The notes under the pieces are model-generated. The model made no database searches, was not told the origin of the DNA, and saw only the letters and a program-made list of their open reading frames with translations. Positions 1 through 10,188 of a stretch of 64,000 nucleotides of DNA are shown here, one piece after another; the first letter of the stretch is position 1; each line of letters starts with the position of its first letter. The translations under genes were made by a program, and so were the position numbers. Origin of the DNA: an uncultured Gammaproteobacteria bacterium (GTDB lineage Bacteria; Patescibacteriota; Microgenomatia; Levybacterales; GWA1-39-11); NCBI GenBank assembly GCA_964472415.1, contig CAYYLC010000004.1, positions 33,110 to 97,109 on the forward strand, read 5' to 3'.

Positions 1-206
1 CGATCTCAGAATTGATAAAAAAATCTATGAAAATCGAAAAGGGTTCTCAAAAACCTGGAAGAGAATCAGCGGGAAAAATTACGCTCCAGCAAGCAAAAGA
101 TATTGCGGAGATAAAACTCGATGATTTAAATACAAAGGACGTTGATCAAGCGGCAAAAATAGTGCTCGGAGTTGCGCGAAGCATGGGAATCCAATCAGAA
201 AACTAA
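1..206 (+). CDS. rplK: 50S ribosomal protein L11, C-terminal part (gene starts upstream of the window)
   Basis: The translation '...GKITLQQAKDIAEIKLDDLNTKDVDQAAKIVLGVARSMGIQSEN' matches the conserved L11 C-terminal domain. It lies directly upstream of rplA, as in the canonical rplK-rplA operon. Confidence 0.8.
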   Translation, partial: ISELIKKSMKIEKGSQKPGRESAGKITLQQAKDIAEIKLDDLNTKDVDQAAKIVLGVARSMGIQSEN

Positions 207-213
207 AAATACT

Positions 214-1083
214 ATGGGAAAAGTTAGAGTAAAAACATTTGACGAAACAGAAAATGCTGAAGCTTTAGCAAAGAAAAAAGCAAAGCGTGAGGCAAAAAAA
301 AATCAGAAAGAAGCCTTAAAAGCTGAAAAAAAGCCAACAGTGCAAGACGAAACAGAAACAGTTTCTACTCCTGAGGAGAAAATTAAAACTTCTAACGAGG
401 AAATTACTACGCCTGAAGAAAACATAACTACTGTGGAGACTCCTACAGAAAAAGAGGCTAAGAAAAGAAAGAAAAAGGAAAAATTCCAAACAAAAAAAAC
501 AGATTCTGACCGTGTTTCTGCAAATAAAAGAATGGTCTCATCTACGGAAAAATATCCGCTTGAAAAAGCAGTAAAGCTCCTCGCTCAGTTCAAAAAAAGT
601 AGCTTTGATGAAAGCGTGGAATTGCATGTGAATGTAAAAGAAAAGGGAATTTCAGGAACCCTCAAACTTCCTCATGGAACAGGAAAAACACTCAAGATTG
701 AAGTTGCTGATGACGCGATAATTGAATCAATCTCAAATGGCAAAATTGACTTTGATGTACTCATTGCAACTCCTGATATGATGCCAAAACTTGCAAAAAT
801 TGCTCGGATTCTCGGACCACGAGGCCTCATGCCAAACCCTAAAAATGGAACAGTAACAACAAATCCAGATGAGGCTATTAAAAAACTCTCAGGTGGTGAA
901 ATGAGATTTAAAACTGAGGCAAAGGCAGCGGTTATTCACCTTCTCATTGGAAAGCTTTCATTTGGCGAAGACAAACTAAAAGAAAATGCCACTACTGCAC
1001 TCGAAGCAATTGGAGAAGGCAAGATTAAATCTGCAACACTCACCTCAACCATGTCCCCAGGCATAAAGCTTGCGATACACTAA
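214..1083 (+). CDS. rplA: 50S ribosomal protein L1, with an unusual ~100-aa Lys/Glu-rich N-terminal extension (alternative internal start at 532)
   Basis: The C-terminal ~180 aa align to L1 (LPHGTGK..., GPRGLMPNPKNGTVT). The N-terminal part is a low-complexity K/E/T-rich sequence. The 172 start in the ORF table overlaps rplK, so the ATG at 214 after the rplK stop is more plausible. Confidence 0.8.
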   Translation: MGKVRVKTFDETENAEALAKKKAKREAKKNQKEALKAEKKPTVQDETETVSTPEEKIKTSNEEITTPEENITTVETPTEKEAKKRKKKEKFQTKKTDSDRVSANKRMVSSTEKYPLEKAVKLLAQFKKSSFDESVELHVNVKEKGISGTLKLPHGTGKTLKIEVADDAIIESISNGKIDFDVLIATPDMMPKLAKIARILGPRGLMPNPKNGTVTTNPDEAIKKLSGGEMRFKTEAKAAVIHLLIGKLSFGEDKLKENATTALEAIGEGKIKSATLTSTMSPGIKLAIH

Positions 1084-1105
1084 TCACTTCTCTACAATAA
1101 ATCCT

Positions 1106-1768
1106 ATGAAGCCGATTGTTGCTATCTTTGCGCATCCTGATGATGAAACATTTGGGCCTGGCGGATTTCTTGCACTTCAAGCACAAAAACGTGACGTATA
1201 TTTGATTTGTGTTACTGATGGAGCAGCAGGAAAAAATAGCTCACAAACAAATGAAAATAACCTCTCCCTGCTCCGCAAAAAAGAACTTACCAATGCATCA
1301 CGAATCTTAGGAATAAAAAAAGTCTTCTTTTTCAGTTATTCTGATGGCACACTCTCAAACAATTTATACCATGAAATAGCAAAGAATATTAAAGACACCA
1401 TCAGAAAAATTGAGCCTGAAATACTCGTTACATTCGAACCTCATGGGATCTCAGGACACATAGACCATATCGCAATTAGCCTTATTACAACATTTGTATT
1501 TGAAAAAATAGACTCAATCAAAAAACTCTTATATTTTTGTATGAGCAAAGCCGAAAGCAAGGAAATTGGGAAGAATTATTTTATCCATTTTCCTGAAGGA
1601 TACAGCAAGAATGAGATAGACTTGGTAGTAGATGTGTCATCTGTATGGGAAAAAAGAATCAATGCACTCCTTGCTCATGAATCACAAAAACACGACTCTA
1701 AAAAGCTCATACACTATCTCTCAAAAAAACCAAAAAATGAGTTTTTTCTCGTAAAGGAAAGGAAATGA
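1106..1768 (+). CDS. PIG-L/LmbE-family N-acetylglucosaminyl deacetylase
   Basis: N-terminal 'IFAHPDDETFGPGG...ICVTDG' with a later 'HGISGHIDH' is the LmbE/PIG-L metal-binding signature. Confidence 0.6.
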   Translation: MKPIVAIFAHPDDETFGPGGFLALQAQKRDVYLICVTDGAAGKNSSQTNENNLSLLRKKELTNASRILGIKKVFFFSYSDGTLSNNLYHEIAKNIKDTIRKIEPEILVTFEPHGISGHIDHIAISLITTFVFEKIDSIKKLLYFCMSKAESKEIGKNYFIHFPEGYSKNEIDLVVDVSSVWEKRINALLAHESQKHDSKKLIHYLSKKPKNEFFLVKERK

Positions 1769-1775
1769 TCTGCAA

Positions 1776-2951
1776 TCATTGAAGTGCTTCTATCCCTGGA
1801 AGTGTCCCTTTCTCAATAAACTCCAACATTGCGCCACCACCGGTTGAAATATGGGTAATCTTATCCAAATATTCTTTCTTCGATATTGCAGCTATAGTGT
1901 CTCCTCCGCCTACTACAGAAGTTGCTGATTCATTTTCTGCAATTACATAATACAAAAAGTCTGTCCCGCGTCGAAACTGATCATTTTCAATATACCCAAC
2001 AGGCCCATTCCATACAATGGTTTTCGCATTCATGATAACTTTTGCATATCCTGCCATCGTTTCAGGCCCAATGTCTAATATGACGTCATTCACTCGCACA
2101 TCCTCCACCTTCCTAATATCATCTCCAATATCTTCATTATCCTTATCCCCCACTGCAACGTCGTCGGGCAAAATTATTGCTGTCCCATGCTTTTTTGCAG
2201 TTTTTTCAAGCTCCGTAAGCTCTTTCTCCATTCCTTTTTCATATAAACTTTTCCCGACTGGAAAACCTTTTGCAGCTAAAAATGTATTTGCAATTCCTCC
2301 GCCCAGAATCAAATAGTCTGCGATTTTTGTAAGACGGGTGAGAAGGTTAAATTTTGTCGAAACTTTTGCACCGCCAATAATCGCTACCAATGGGTGTTTA
2401 GGTTTTTTAATAAGCCCTCCAATAACTTCAATTTCGCGCTGAAGCAGCAATCCCCCATATGCAGGCAAAAACTTCGTAACACCTACTACAGAAGCACTCG
2501 CTCTGTGAGAAACGCCAAATCCATCATTTACAAATACGTCTGCGATATGAGCTAGTTTCTCAGAAAATTCTGAATCATTTCTCTTTTCACCTTCATAAAA
2601 TCTGATATTTTCTAATACAATTATCTCACCAACTCCCTGACGTTCAAGCTTTTTTGCTCCTTCTTCAGATAAAAAATCGTCTACTAATGTTATTTTCCCA
2701 TCCGGCAAATACCTCTTCAATCTGTTTTTCACAATTTCCAAAGAATATTTCTTATCACGCCCTTTCGGCCTACCCAGATGAGATACAATAATAAGTTTAT
2801 TTTTTTTATACAATTTTTCTATAGTAGGGAGTGTCTGACGAATGCGCTCGTCATCTCCTATGGTAAACTTTGGGGTAAGCGTTACGTTAAAATCAACCCG
2901 TAATAAAATTCTCTTATCCTTTATTTCTGCCTTATCAATAAAGTGAATCAT
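1776..2951 (-). CDS. pgk: phosphoglycerate kinase
   Basis: Full-length PGK similarity (RVDFNV, the hinge region, the C-terminal GGGDT.A motif). Confidence 0.9.
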   Translation of the reverse strand: MIHFIDKAEIKDKRILLRVDFNVTLTPKFTIGDDERIRQTLPTIEKLYKKNKLIIVSHLGRPKGRDKKYSLEIVKNRLKRYLPDGKITLVDDFLSEEGAKKLERQGVGEIIVLENIRFYEGEKRNDSEFSEKLAHIADVFVNDGFGVSHRASASVVGVTKFLPAYGGLLLQREIEVIGGLIKKPKHPLVAIIGGAKVSTKFNLLTRLTKIADYLILGGGIANTFLAAKGFPVGKSLYEKGMEKELTELEKTAKKHGTAIILPDDVAVGDKDNEDIGDDIRKVEDVRVNDVILDIGPETMAGYAKVIMNAKTIVWNGPVGYIENDQFRRGTDFLYYVIAENESATSVVGGGDTIAAISKKEYLDKITHISTGGGAMLEFIEKGTLPGIEALQ

Positions 2952-2952
2952 C

Positions 2953-4290
2953 TTAAAACTCTACGTATTTTCGCACTGTATGAGAAGTTCCTGCGATATT
3001 AAAGGCATCAAATAAAAATCCCACTTCTTCACTTAAAGCTTTTTTTATCTTTTCTTTAAATTCCTCCGGTAATGTCCAGCAGTCCTTCTTAAACTTTCCT
3101 ACAGATTTTTTTCGTAGTTTATAAATAAACTGTGTATCATTCCATCCTTCTTCTCGTTGAGATTCTAAATTTTCAAGCGTCCATGCATGCATTTTTTCTC
3201 GCAGATCTTCTGGAATATTTTCCATTATAATATTCTGAAACTCTGTAGATAGATGAACTTCAACCGTATCGTGTTCAGGGAATTTAGAAAACTCTTCCCT
3301 CGGCAAAGTAGAAGCTCCATGTTGAACAGTGCCCGCAATCTTGTATTTATCACGAGAAACACAGCTTATATCTTTAAGAACTGAAAAATCAATCTCTGCT
3401 CTCTTTACATTTCCATCTTTATCTGGAATCCCGCCATGAGATGTTCCAGTCTGCACACTCACCTTCACAAGCCCTTCTCTGTCTCCGATACTATCTAAAT
3501 ACCCTTCCATAAACGCCGTAAAATCGTCGGAGGTGCTGTTTTTCCCACCAATATGGCCTATCTCTCCACCAATCGAAACTCTCACCCCTGGTGGCTGTAA
3601 ATTCCTGATATATTTTGTGATTTCTGCAGTCATGTCGTAATTGTCTCTTTGCTGTTCAGATAAATCTTCTTTTTCTAAGTCTACAAGCGTAGAGGCATCA
3701 ATATCTATGTTATAGATATGCGCCATAAGACTATCTTTTATGAGGAGCTCAATATTATCAATCTCCTCTTGGGGATTTTTCTCAAATATCTTTTTTGTAA
3801 ACTGATAATGATCTCCTTGAATAAACACTGGACCTTCAAATCTTGCTTTTATTGCGCCTGCAAGAACTGATGCGCTAAATTCTTCGGGACGCTGATCTGT
3901 ATAGTCCATTTCGTGTCGCGCAAGCTCAAGGATAAATGCACCAGCTTCTCGCTTTTTTGCCTCTTCAAAAATAACTTGAGAAAAATCATAATTCATCATA
4001 CGAATATTCATTGCTGGCACACTAAATCCGGTAACTTCTCCACGCCCAATTGCCTTATATAGCTCAAGGATTGAGGCAGATTTTACACCAACTAACGGCG
4101 CAATCTTACGAATTAGAACTTGTGCAGCAAATTTAACCGATGAATCCTCAGAAAGCGCTGATGTATACGCAAGCGTATCAATTCCCTCAGCATAGAGTTT
4201 TTCAATGTTAGTAATTTCTAAAACATCGTCTCCTCTTACAAACGTAGAAACATATGAAGAAAACTCTTCACTATTATTTATAACCATCAT
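2953..4290 (-). CDS. class II fructose-bisphosphate aldolase family protein (long form)
   Basis: 'VPAMNIRMMNYDFSQVIFEEAKK...' matches the class II aldolase N-terminal barrel. A 'GDH' zinc-ligand region is present, as are C-terminal 'GGEIGHIGG' and 'VQHGAS' motifs. It sits adjacent to pgk. Confidence 0.55.
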   Translation of the reverse strand: MMVINNSEEFSSYVSTFVRGDDVLEITNIEKLYAEGIDTLAYTSALSEDSSVKFAAQVLIRKIAPLVGVKSASILELYKAIGRGEVTGFSVPAMNIRMMNYDFSQVIFEEAKKREAGAFILELARHEMDYTDQRPEEFSASVLAGAIKARFEGPVFIQGDHYQFTKKIFEKNPQEEIDNIELLIKDSLMAHIYNIDIDASTLVDLEKEDLSEQQRDNYDMTAEITKYIRNLQPPGVRVSIGGEIGHIGGKNSTSDDFTAFMEGYLDSIGDREGLVKVSVQTGTSHGGIPDKDGNVKRAEIDFSVLKDISCVSRDKYKIAGTVQHGASTLPREEFSKFPEHDTVEVHLSTEFQNIIMENIPEDLREKMHAWTLENLESQREEGWNDTQFIYKLRKKSVGKFKKDCWTLPEEFKEKIKKALSEEVGFLFDAFNIAGTSHTVRKYVEF

Positions 4291-4355
4291 ATCTACGATA
4301 ATGCATTTTTCACCATAATGTCAACATGAATTAAAATATTTGATATCATAAATAC

Positions 4356-4703
4356 ATGAAAAAAAATAATCGATTTGGTGGGATCATATGGACGGATCAT
4401 GCACTCTCTCGTATGAATGAACGCGGAATTCCCCAAGATTATGCTATACAGACATTCAAAAACCCGGATAAATCATATCCAAATAATAACGGGTTTAAAT
4501 ATATAAAACATATTGAGAACAAAAAAATTACACTCCTCATTATAAAAAACGACCAATACGAATGGGTCGCAATTTCCATCTGGATGGATCCACCCATGGA
4601 AGGAACAAATGACTATAAAAAACAAAGGCGTTATCAAGAATACAAAAAAGCATCATTCGGAAAGAAGATCTGGATGAGCATCCTCAAGCAGCTCGGAATA
4701 TAA
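4356..4703 (+). CDS. hypothetical protein
   Basis: 115-aa ORF in an intergenic gap. No recognisable domain. Confidence 0.3.
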   Translation: MKKNNRFGGIIWTDHALSRMNERGIPQDYAIQTFKNPDKSYPNNNGFKYIKHIENKKITLLIIKNDQYEWVAISIWMDPPMEGTNDYKKQRRYQEYKKASFGKKIWMSILKQLGI

Positions 4704-4844
4704 TATCAAAAATATCTCTTGTGGAACCTCTCGCAGTCTCGCTTCTTCTTACACTACCGGCATGGAATACGTGAGATATACAAATGAGCACACAAAAAGA
4801 AAATAGGGAATAAGGAGCAATTTTACAATTCTTAGGAGAGGAAA

Positions 4845-5582
4845 TTAATATTCTATAAATTTCACAATATTTGCATCAGTTCGGAGCTTTTCCATCATAG
4901 AAGCATACTGAGTCTGAAGTTTCTGCTGCTTTAATTGTTCACGGATTTGATCTCGAGTTTGCTCCACATTCTCAGCATTCTCTACTAAATCCGGATTTGT
5001 TTCAAGAAATTGATCCAATTCCTCATCACTCACCGCAACTTCATCTCCAAGCATCTTTTCTGCAGCAATTTGGATCTTTAGCTCCTCATTGAACTCATCT
5101 ATCGTAAGGCCTTGGGCTGTGAGAATCTGTTCAAAATTCTCCTGATTTCCTCCACTCACCTGATCCATAACCTCCTTACGACGAGCATCGACTTCTTCGG
5201 TGGTCGCAGTGATACCCTTCCGCTCTGCCTCCTGAAGAATAAGTGCTTTATCAATAAGTCTACTTAATATAGTTGCTCCATACTGGTTTTCTAATTCTGA
5301 AACAATTGCGAGCCGGGAGATTGGCTGATTGTTTACGGTAGCAGCAACAAAAAGCCCCCGATTAATATAAGCAATGATCCCGATGAGAATAAGCAGTATC
5401 GCTCCCAATATAATAAGTTTATTTCGCTTTGAAAGCTTATCTAAACTGAATGGATTCAGATTTAATCTTGACTTATCAGATTCGACACTCACGTTGCTTT
5501 GTACTTCTTTTTTTACAACTGGCTTCTTTGCAGGTGTTTTACGAGAAGGAGATTTTGCTTGAGCCTTTTTTGCTGTTGCCAT
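4845..5582 (-). CDS. membrane-anchored SurA N-terminal-domain-like chaperone protein
   Basis: K-rich N-terminus, one TM helix, then a region resembling the SurA/PpiD N-terminal chaperone domain (VNNQPISRLAIVSELE...LIDKALILQEAERKGI). Confidence 0.4.
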   Translation of the reverse strand: MATAKKAQAKSPSRKTPAKKPVVKKEVQSNVSVESDKSRLNLNPFSLDKLSKRNKLIILGAILLILIGIIAYINRGLFVAATVNNQPISRLAIVSELENQYGATILSRLIDKALILQEAERKGITATTEEVDARRKEVMDQVSGGNQENFEQILTAQGLTIDEFNEELKIQIAAEKMLGDEVAVSDEELDQFLETNPDLVENAENVEQTRDQIREQLKQQKLQTQYASMMEKLRTDANIVKFIEY

Positions 5583-5659
5583 AAAGCCTAGTATAAAGAA
5601 TATTTTCTAAAAAAACAATAATCTATTTTTTTCACTTTTCCTATAATAACAAGATCTTT

Positions 5660-6331
5660 TTATTCACAGGATTCTACGATTGTTTCTCCCAGAAATATAA
5701 TTTCTTTCTCAGTTTTTTCTATCGCAATTATTTGATATGGATTTGTAAGTGCCAAAGGAACAACACAATTTTTTCCAGGAGCTTTTTCTTTCACCATAAA
5801 CTCTATTTTTTCATCAGTAACTTTTATTTGCTGTAAATTTATTGCATATCCGCCAGATGGTTTTTGCCCCATGACGACTGCGATAGCGGTCTGATTCTCA
5901 AAATCTACAGAAGGCTCTACTGCAGCATCTGAAAAGATCGTATCCCACTCAGACTGAGAATTTATTATATAATTCCCCCGTTCGAGCTGTAATGGTAACT
6001 CATGTACCCCTTTTTGTATCTGAATTATTTTAGGTGGTATAGATTGAAGTGTTTCATAGTATGTTTTTCCATTTAGCGTACATTCCCGTGGAGTCACATA
6101 GGCAACTACATGCCCTGAAGTAACGCACTCCTCAAAACTCATCCCTAGGCCCTCTTTCAGGTTTGTGAATCCGATATAAAGAACAAATAATCCTACAAGA
6201 AAAATTCCTAAGATAACACCATAACTCAAATGCTTTTTCTGTGAAGTTTTAATTCTCTTTGCGATTTTAGAAGACTTTTTCTTAGGCATTATATCCAGTG
6301 TAGCACAAGAGTTAAAAAATGAAAATTTCAA
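5660..6331 (-). CDS. hypothetical membrane-anchored protein
   Basis: 223-aa ORF with a basic N-terminus and one TM helix. Confidence 0.35.
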   Translation of the reverse strand: MKFSFFNSCATLDIMPKKKSSKIAKRIKTSQKKHLSYGVILGIFLVGLFVLYIGFTNLKEGLGMSFEECVTSGHVVAYVTPRECTLNGKTYYETLQSIPPKIIQIQKGVHELPLQLERGNYIINSQSEWDTIFSDAAVEPSVDFENQTAIAVVMGQKPSGGYAINLQQIKVTDEKIEFMVKEKAPGKNCVVPLALTNPYQIIAIEKTEKEIIFLGETIVESCE

Positions 6332-6376
6332 TAAAATTGTAATTTTAGGTTAATTATTGTATTGTTTTAATTTAAT

Positions 6377-7027
6377 ATGGAACTTATTGTAATTACTGCT
6401 GCATTCGCAATTACCCATCTCATTTTTATCATGTACTACATTTGTCAGGCTGGACTAATTTTTAACCTAAGCATTCTAAAATGGTTTAAAAATAAAGCCA
6501 AAAAGAATGAAAAAATTTCATTGATTGATCTCTTCCTTATTCCTCTTTCCGTCGTCATTTGCTACTTGACCACTGGAACATTCAACTATGGCGGCTTTGG
6601 GTTCGGCAATCCATATAATGAATTAACTATTAACACATATGCTATCTTTCATTTTTTTGGAGATCTAAGAAGTCAACTTCTATTGTTTATTATAATTTTT
6701 ATGTCAATCTCTCTCCCACTACACTTATCACAACGATTATCGAAAAGGGGCTCGATAATAGTATTACTTGCAAACATTGGAGTTACAATTCTAATATTTC
6801 ATGGAGCAACTACCTGCACTGCTGGGCTAGAATGTCTTGGGTATTATTTCCTAATAATACCCAATATTATTGCCAACATACTACTTGTTATAAACATTAT
6901 TACATCAAACATGGTGATTACCAGAATAGTTCTACTTCTTGTAAGCCTTATTCATATAGGAACGCTACTTTATATCGCCTATGGATTAAACATGGGCAGC
7001 GTGTATGGAATTGAAATAATAAAATAG
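6377..7027 (+). CDS. hypothetical polytopic membrane protein
   Basis: 216-aa ORF with several hydrophobic segments. Confidence 0.35.
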   Translation: MELIVITAAFAITHLIFIMYYICQAGLIFNLSILKWFKNKAKKNEKISLIDLFLIPLSVVICYLTTGTFNYGGFGFGNPYNELTINTYAIFHFFGDLRSQLLLFIIIFMSISLPLHLSQRLSKRGSIIVLLANIGVTILIFHGATTCTAGLECLGYYFLIIPNIIANILLVINIITSNMVITRIVLLLVSLIHIGTLLYIAYGLNMGSVYGIEIIK

Positions 7028-7043
7028 CTACGCTTGTGAGCAG

Positions 7044-7883
7044 CTATTCCTCCTCCACGGTTAATGCTAAATATATTTTTCGACCGGTTGCAATCTCTAA
7101 CTCTCGCCGGGCCATCATACCGATTTCTTTAATACGACTCCCATTCTGTCCAATAATCATTTTTTTATATCGTTTTGGTGCGATGATTCGCGCCTTGATA
7201 AACGCAATATCTTTCTTTTTTCGATTCTCTATTTCATCTACCACCACGCGTATCATATACGGCAATTCTCGCCGCAGCCGTAAAAATGCCTTCTCCCGAA
7301 TAAGCTCTTCAAGAAACAATCTAGAATTTAAATTCAGCGCTTTATTTGGCAATGCTGCAGATTCAAATAATTCTTCACCTTCGGGAAGATGTTCAAATAT
7401 CCAATCAAGAATATGATTTATATTTTCTCCTTTCAGTGCAGATACTCGGACCACTTCTTCAAATTCATCTTCTAAAAATCGATACTGCTCATAATATGTC
7501 GTCCCTCGCTTATCAATTTTATTTATTACGAGAAGCTTCGGAATTTTTGTTTTCCTGAGTGCCCCAAGGACTCTATTCTCCTCAAGTCCACGCTTCCGCG
7601 TATGATCAATCAAATACACTATTGCATCTACATCTTCTGATAAGATATGTTCGGCCTCATTATTTATCTCTTTGAGTTTCGGGTTTTTCGTTTTTGCAAA
7701 AATTCCTGGCGTATCGATAAATAAAATCTGGCCTCGTGAATCTTCATATGCTGCCTCAATCGCAAATTGCGTAGTCTGAGGCTTTGGAGAAGTTATCGCT
7801 ACTTTTTGCCCAATGATTCGATTTATAAGCGTAGATTTACCGGCATTCGGCCTTCCGATTAACGCTACTGTTCCTGATTTCAT
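7044..7883 (-). CDS. era: GTPase Era
   Basis: G1 'GRPNAGKST' and 'DTPG', plus a C-terminal KH domain. Confidence 0.9.
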   Translation of the reverse strand: MKSGTVALIGRPNAGKSTLINRIIGQKVAITSPKPQTTQFAIEAAYEDSRGQILFIDTPGIFAKTKNPKLKEINNEAEHILSEDVDAIVYLIDHTRKRGLEENRVLGALRKTKIPKLLVINKIDKRGTTYYEQYRFLEDEFEEVVRVSALKGENINHILDWIFEHLPEGEELFESAALPNKALNLNSRLFLEELIREKAFLRLRRELPYMIRVVVDEIENRKKKDIAFIKARIIAPKRYKKMIIGQNGSRIKEIGMMARRELEIATGRKIYLALTVEEE

Positions 7884-7930
7884 AAAGATTATTATACCAG
7901 AACCTTTGAGGGAAAAATAGTATTATAGGA

Positions 7931-8692
7931 TTATTTAGTAGCTATTGCTAACCGTCCACCAAATCGCCGCTCACGGCGGGTAAAGTCGATAATCGCATCA
8001 ACAATATCTTTTGAACCGGAATTTGGAAGTAATTTTTCGATAAAGTAGAGCTCGGAATTAGTAGAAAGCCAACCCAAGTCAGAGGTTCGCTTTTCCCCAC
8101 TTGTTCGAATCACAAGATCTGCAGGTGGAACAATTCCATCTCCATCCCGATACTTAACTAATAATTCAGGAGTAATTCGCTTCACATTATCCGCAAGCAT
8201 TCGCTTAAAAATACGTAATTCCTGATCAGCTCCCGCATAATCAACTGCCAAAGAGAACACTGTCCCTGTATTATTCTTCGTAAGGCTTTCTGCCTCCTCA
8301 AATTTTTTCCTCAAATACTGGGGAATTCTATCCTTGCGACCAATATGAATAATCCGCGAATTTTTCTCCATCGCATCAGGGATCATTTCAGAAAGTGTAC
8401 TATTGATTACTTTCATGATCCCATCTGCCTCTTCTTTTGTTCGCGACCAATTATCAGCTGAAAATCCCCAGATCGTCACAAATTTTATAGGAAGCTGCCA
8501 CAGATCACCATAGATTGCTTTCACTACTTCAGCACCTGCTCTGTGACCATCAGTAATATTTTTTCTCGCAAGCTTCGCCCATCGTCCATTCCCATCAGGA
8601 ATCAAAAGGACATGGTTTGGAAATTTCTCGTGGGGTATTTTTTTGAGCTCTGGAAACTTCTCCCAGACAGTTTTTTTAGATTTTCTGAACAT
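7931..8692 (-). CDS. uppS: undecaprenyl-diphosphate synthase (isoprenyl transferase)
   Basis: 'HVLLIPDGNGRWA', 'FS.DNW.R' and a C-terminal 'ERRFGG' are UppS signatures. Confidence 0.85.
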   Translation of the reverse strand: MFRKSKKTVWEKFPELKKIPHEKFPNHVLLIPDGNGRWAKLARKNITDGHRAGAEVVKAIYGDLWQLPIKFVTIWGFSADNWSRTKEEADGIMKVINSTLSEMIPDAMEKNSRIIHIGRKDRIPQYLRKKFEEAESLTKNNTGTVFSLAVDYAGADQELRIFKRMLADNVKRITPELLVKYRDGDGIVPPADLVIRTSGEKRTSDLGWLSTNSELYFIEKLLPNSGSKDIVDAIIDFTRRERRFGGRLAIATK

Positions 8693-8740
8693 AAATAATT
8701 CGATTGGTATATTTTACTAAAAGGGCCTTCAAACTACAAA

Positions 8741-9358
8741 TCACAGGTACTTTCTGATAAATTTAGTCCTATGATGAGCCGTCGCCCCGAAATATCCTAA
8801 TGCATTTCTATGATCTGCCGTTCCATATCCTTTATTCTTATCCCATCCATATTGTGAGTATTCTCGTGCAAGATGTTTCATGTGTCTATCCCGTGTAACC
8901 TTCGCAAGAATCGAAGCAGCTGCAATACTAACACTTACTCTGTCTCCCTTAACAATTGGCGTCTGTAAGGCATTACCTGGAATTGAAAACGCATCAATAA
9001 GCATATGCAAGTTCTGGAAATCCTCTGCAGCCTTTTCATAAACTCTTTGCATACCAAGCGTAGTTGCTCTTCCAATACCCATTGTATTTATACTAGAAAG
9101 ATCAATAAGCTCTACATGAGAGAAGAGTGCATGAGTAGTAATTTCCTGAAAAAGTAATTCTCGTTTTTTTTCAGAGAGTAACTTCGAATCATTAATCTCG
9201 AACGCCAATAATTTTTCAGCATGAATCTTATCAAATAAAACTCCTGCGACCGCAAGAGGCCCTGCAAATGCCCCACGCCCTGCCTCATCTATTCCTAAAA
9301 CCTGCAAACCTGCCTTCCATAATGGTATTTCGAATTTAAAATCAGAAAGAATATGCAT
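8741..9358 (-). CDS. rnhB: ribonuclease HII
   Basis: N-terminal 'GIDEAGRGAFAGPLAVA' motif and RNase HII length. Confidence 0.85.
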   Translation of the reverse strand: MHILSDFKFEIPLWKAGLQVLGIDEAGRGAFAGPLAVAGVLFDKIHAEKLLAFEINDSKLLSEKKRELLFQEITTHALFSHVELIDLSSINTMGIGRATTLGMQRVYEKAAEDFQNLHMLIDAFSIPGNALQTPIVKGDRVSVSIAAASILAKVTRDRHMKHLAREYSQYGWDKNKGYGTADHRNALGYFGATAHHRTKFIRKYL

Positions 9359-9435
9359 ACCTTTTTATAGCAGGAAAAAATAATTGCTTCAAATTATCTT
9401 GCTCGAAAAAATATCATCTGGTACAATTCAGCGTT

Positions 9436-10188
9436 ATGAGCGCAGAACTTTTTCTTGAATCAAATACTTCCCAAAATAAAGAACTCTTAGAATTATCGAA
9501 TGAAGCACGAAGAAATTATGAAACACGCTCTCCCATAATCTTTCTTACTGAAACACTGATCGATAAAGCACATCAGGGCATGCGCAGCTACTCACAAAAC
9601 TATGAGCGAGAGGATGATAAATTGGTTGACCTTGCACGAGGATACGTTTTCCGAGATGAAGCCCGGATTGAATATGCAGCAAGTGTGTTTGGAAATATTA
9701 TCCTCGAACTAGATAATATCATGGATAAAGGAATTTTTGATTTGGAATCCTTTATTGAGCGAACAAACCAAAGTCTTGTTGGAACTGCTATTCCAAATCT
9801 TCCTGCAGCAGATAGCACTAGAGAAAAAAAGTATTCTCTTTCTGAAAAAGAGCTACAAACATTTTACGAAACGTATAGAAATGATCCAAGCTATGCTTCA
9901 TTCTTTAATAGGCGTAACAGTAAATTTCCTGCCAATTTTCAAAAATATGCTCACGCAGATGAGCACCTACTTGGTCTTACCGGATATACCCTTCCTCTAG
10001 TAGCACGAGAATGGAAAAGTATGGCAAAACATTTTCTCTATTATTATGATTCTCTTTATGAAAGAAATCTTGGGGATCTCGAGCAAATATATGATATGAA
10101 ACGTCAAGGATTTACGAATGACCAACTCAATTATTATACGAATCTATCAACAAGAGATATTCCTTCTATACACGAACAGGAGCAATAG
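9436..10188 (+). CDS. hypothetical protein (paralog of 11435..12151)
   Basis: 250-aa ORF. Its N-terminal 'NEARRNYETRSP' parallels 'NEQERKRNFESP' of the paralog. Confidence 0.4.
   Translation: MSAELFLESNTSQNKELLELSNEARRNYETRSPIIFLTETLIDKAHQGMRSYSQNYEREDDKLVDLARGYVFRDEARIEYAASVFGNIILELDNIMDKGIFDLESFIERTNQSLVGTAIPNLPAADSTREKKYSLSEKELQTFYETYRNDPSYASFFNRRNSKFPANFQKYAHADEHLLGLTGYTLPLVAREWKSMAKHFLYYYDSLYERNLGDLEQIYDMKRQGFTNDQLNYYTNLSTRDIPSIHEQEQ

Noticed and set aside
12-206. 64-aa ORF called as an independent gene at the window start.
   Set aside because: It is the C-terminal end of rplK truncated by the window edge, not a separate small gene.
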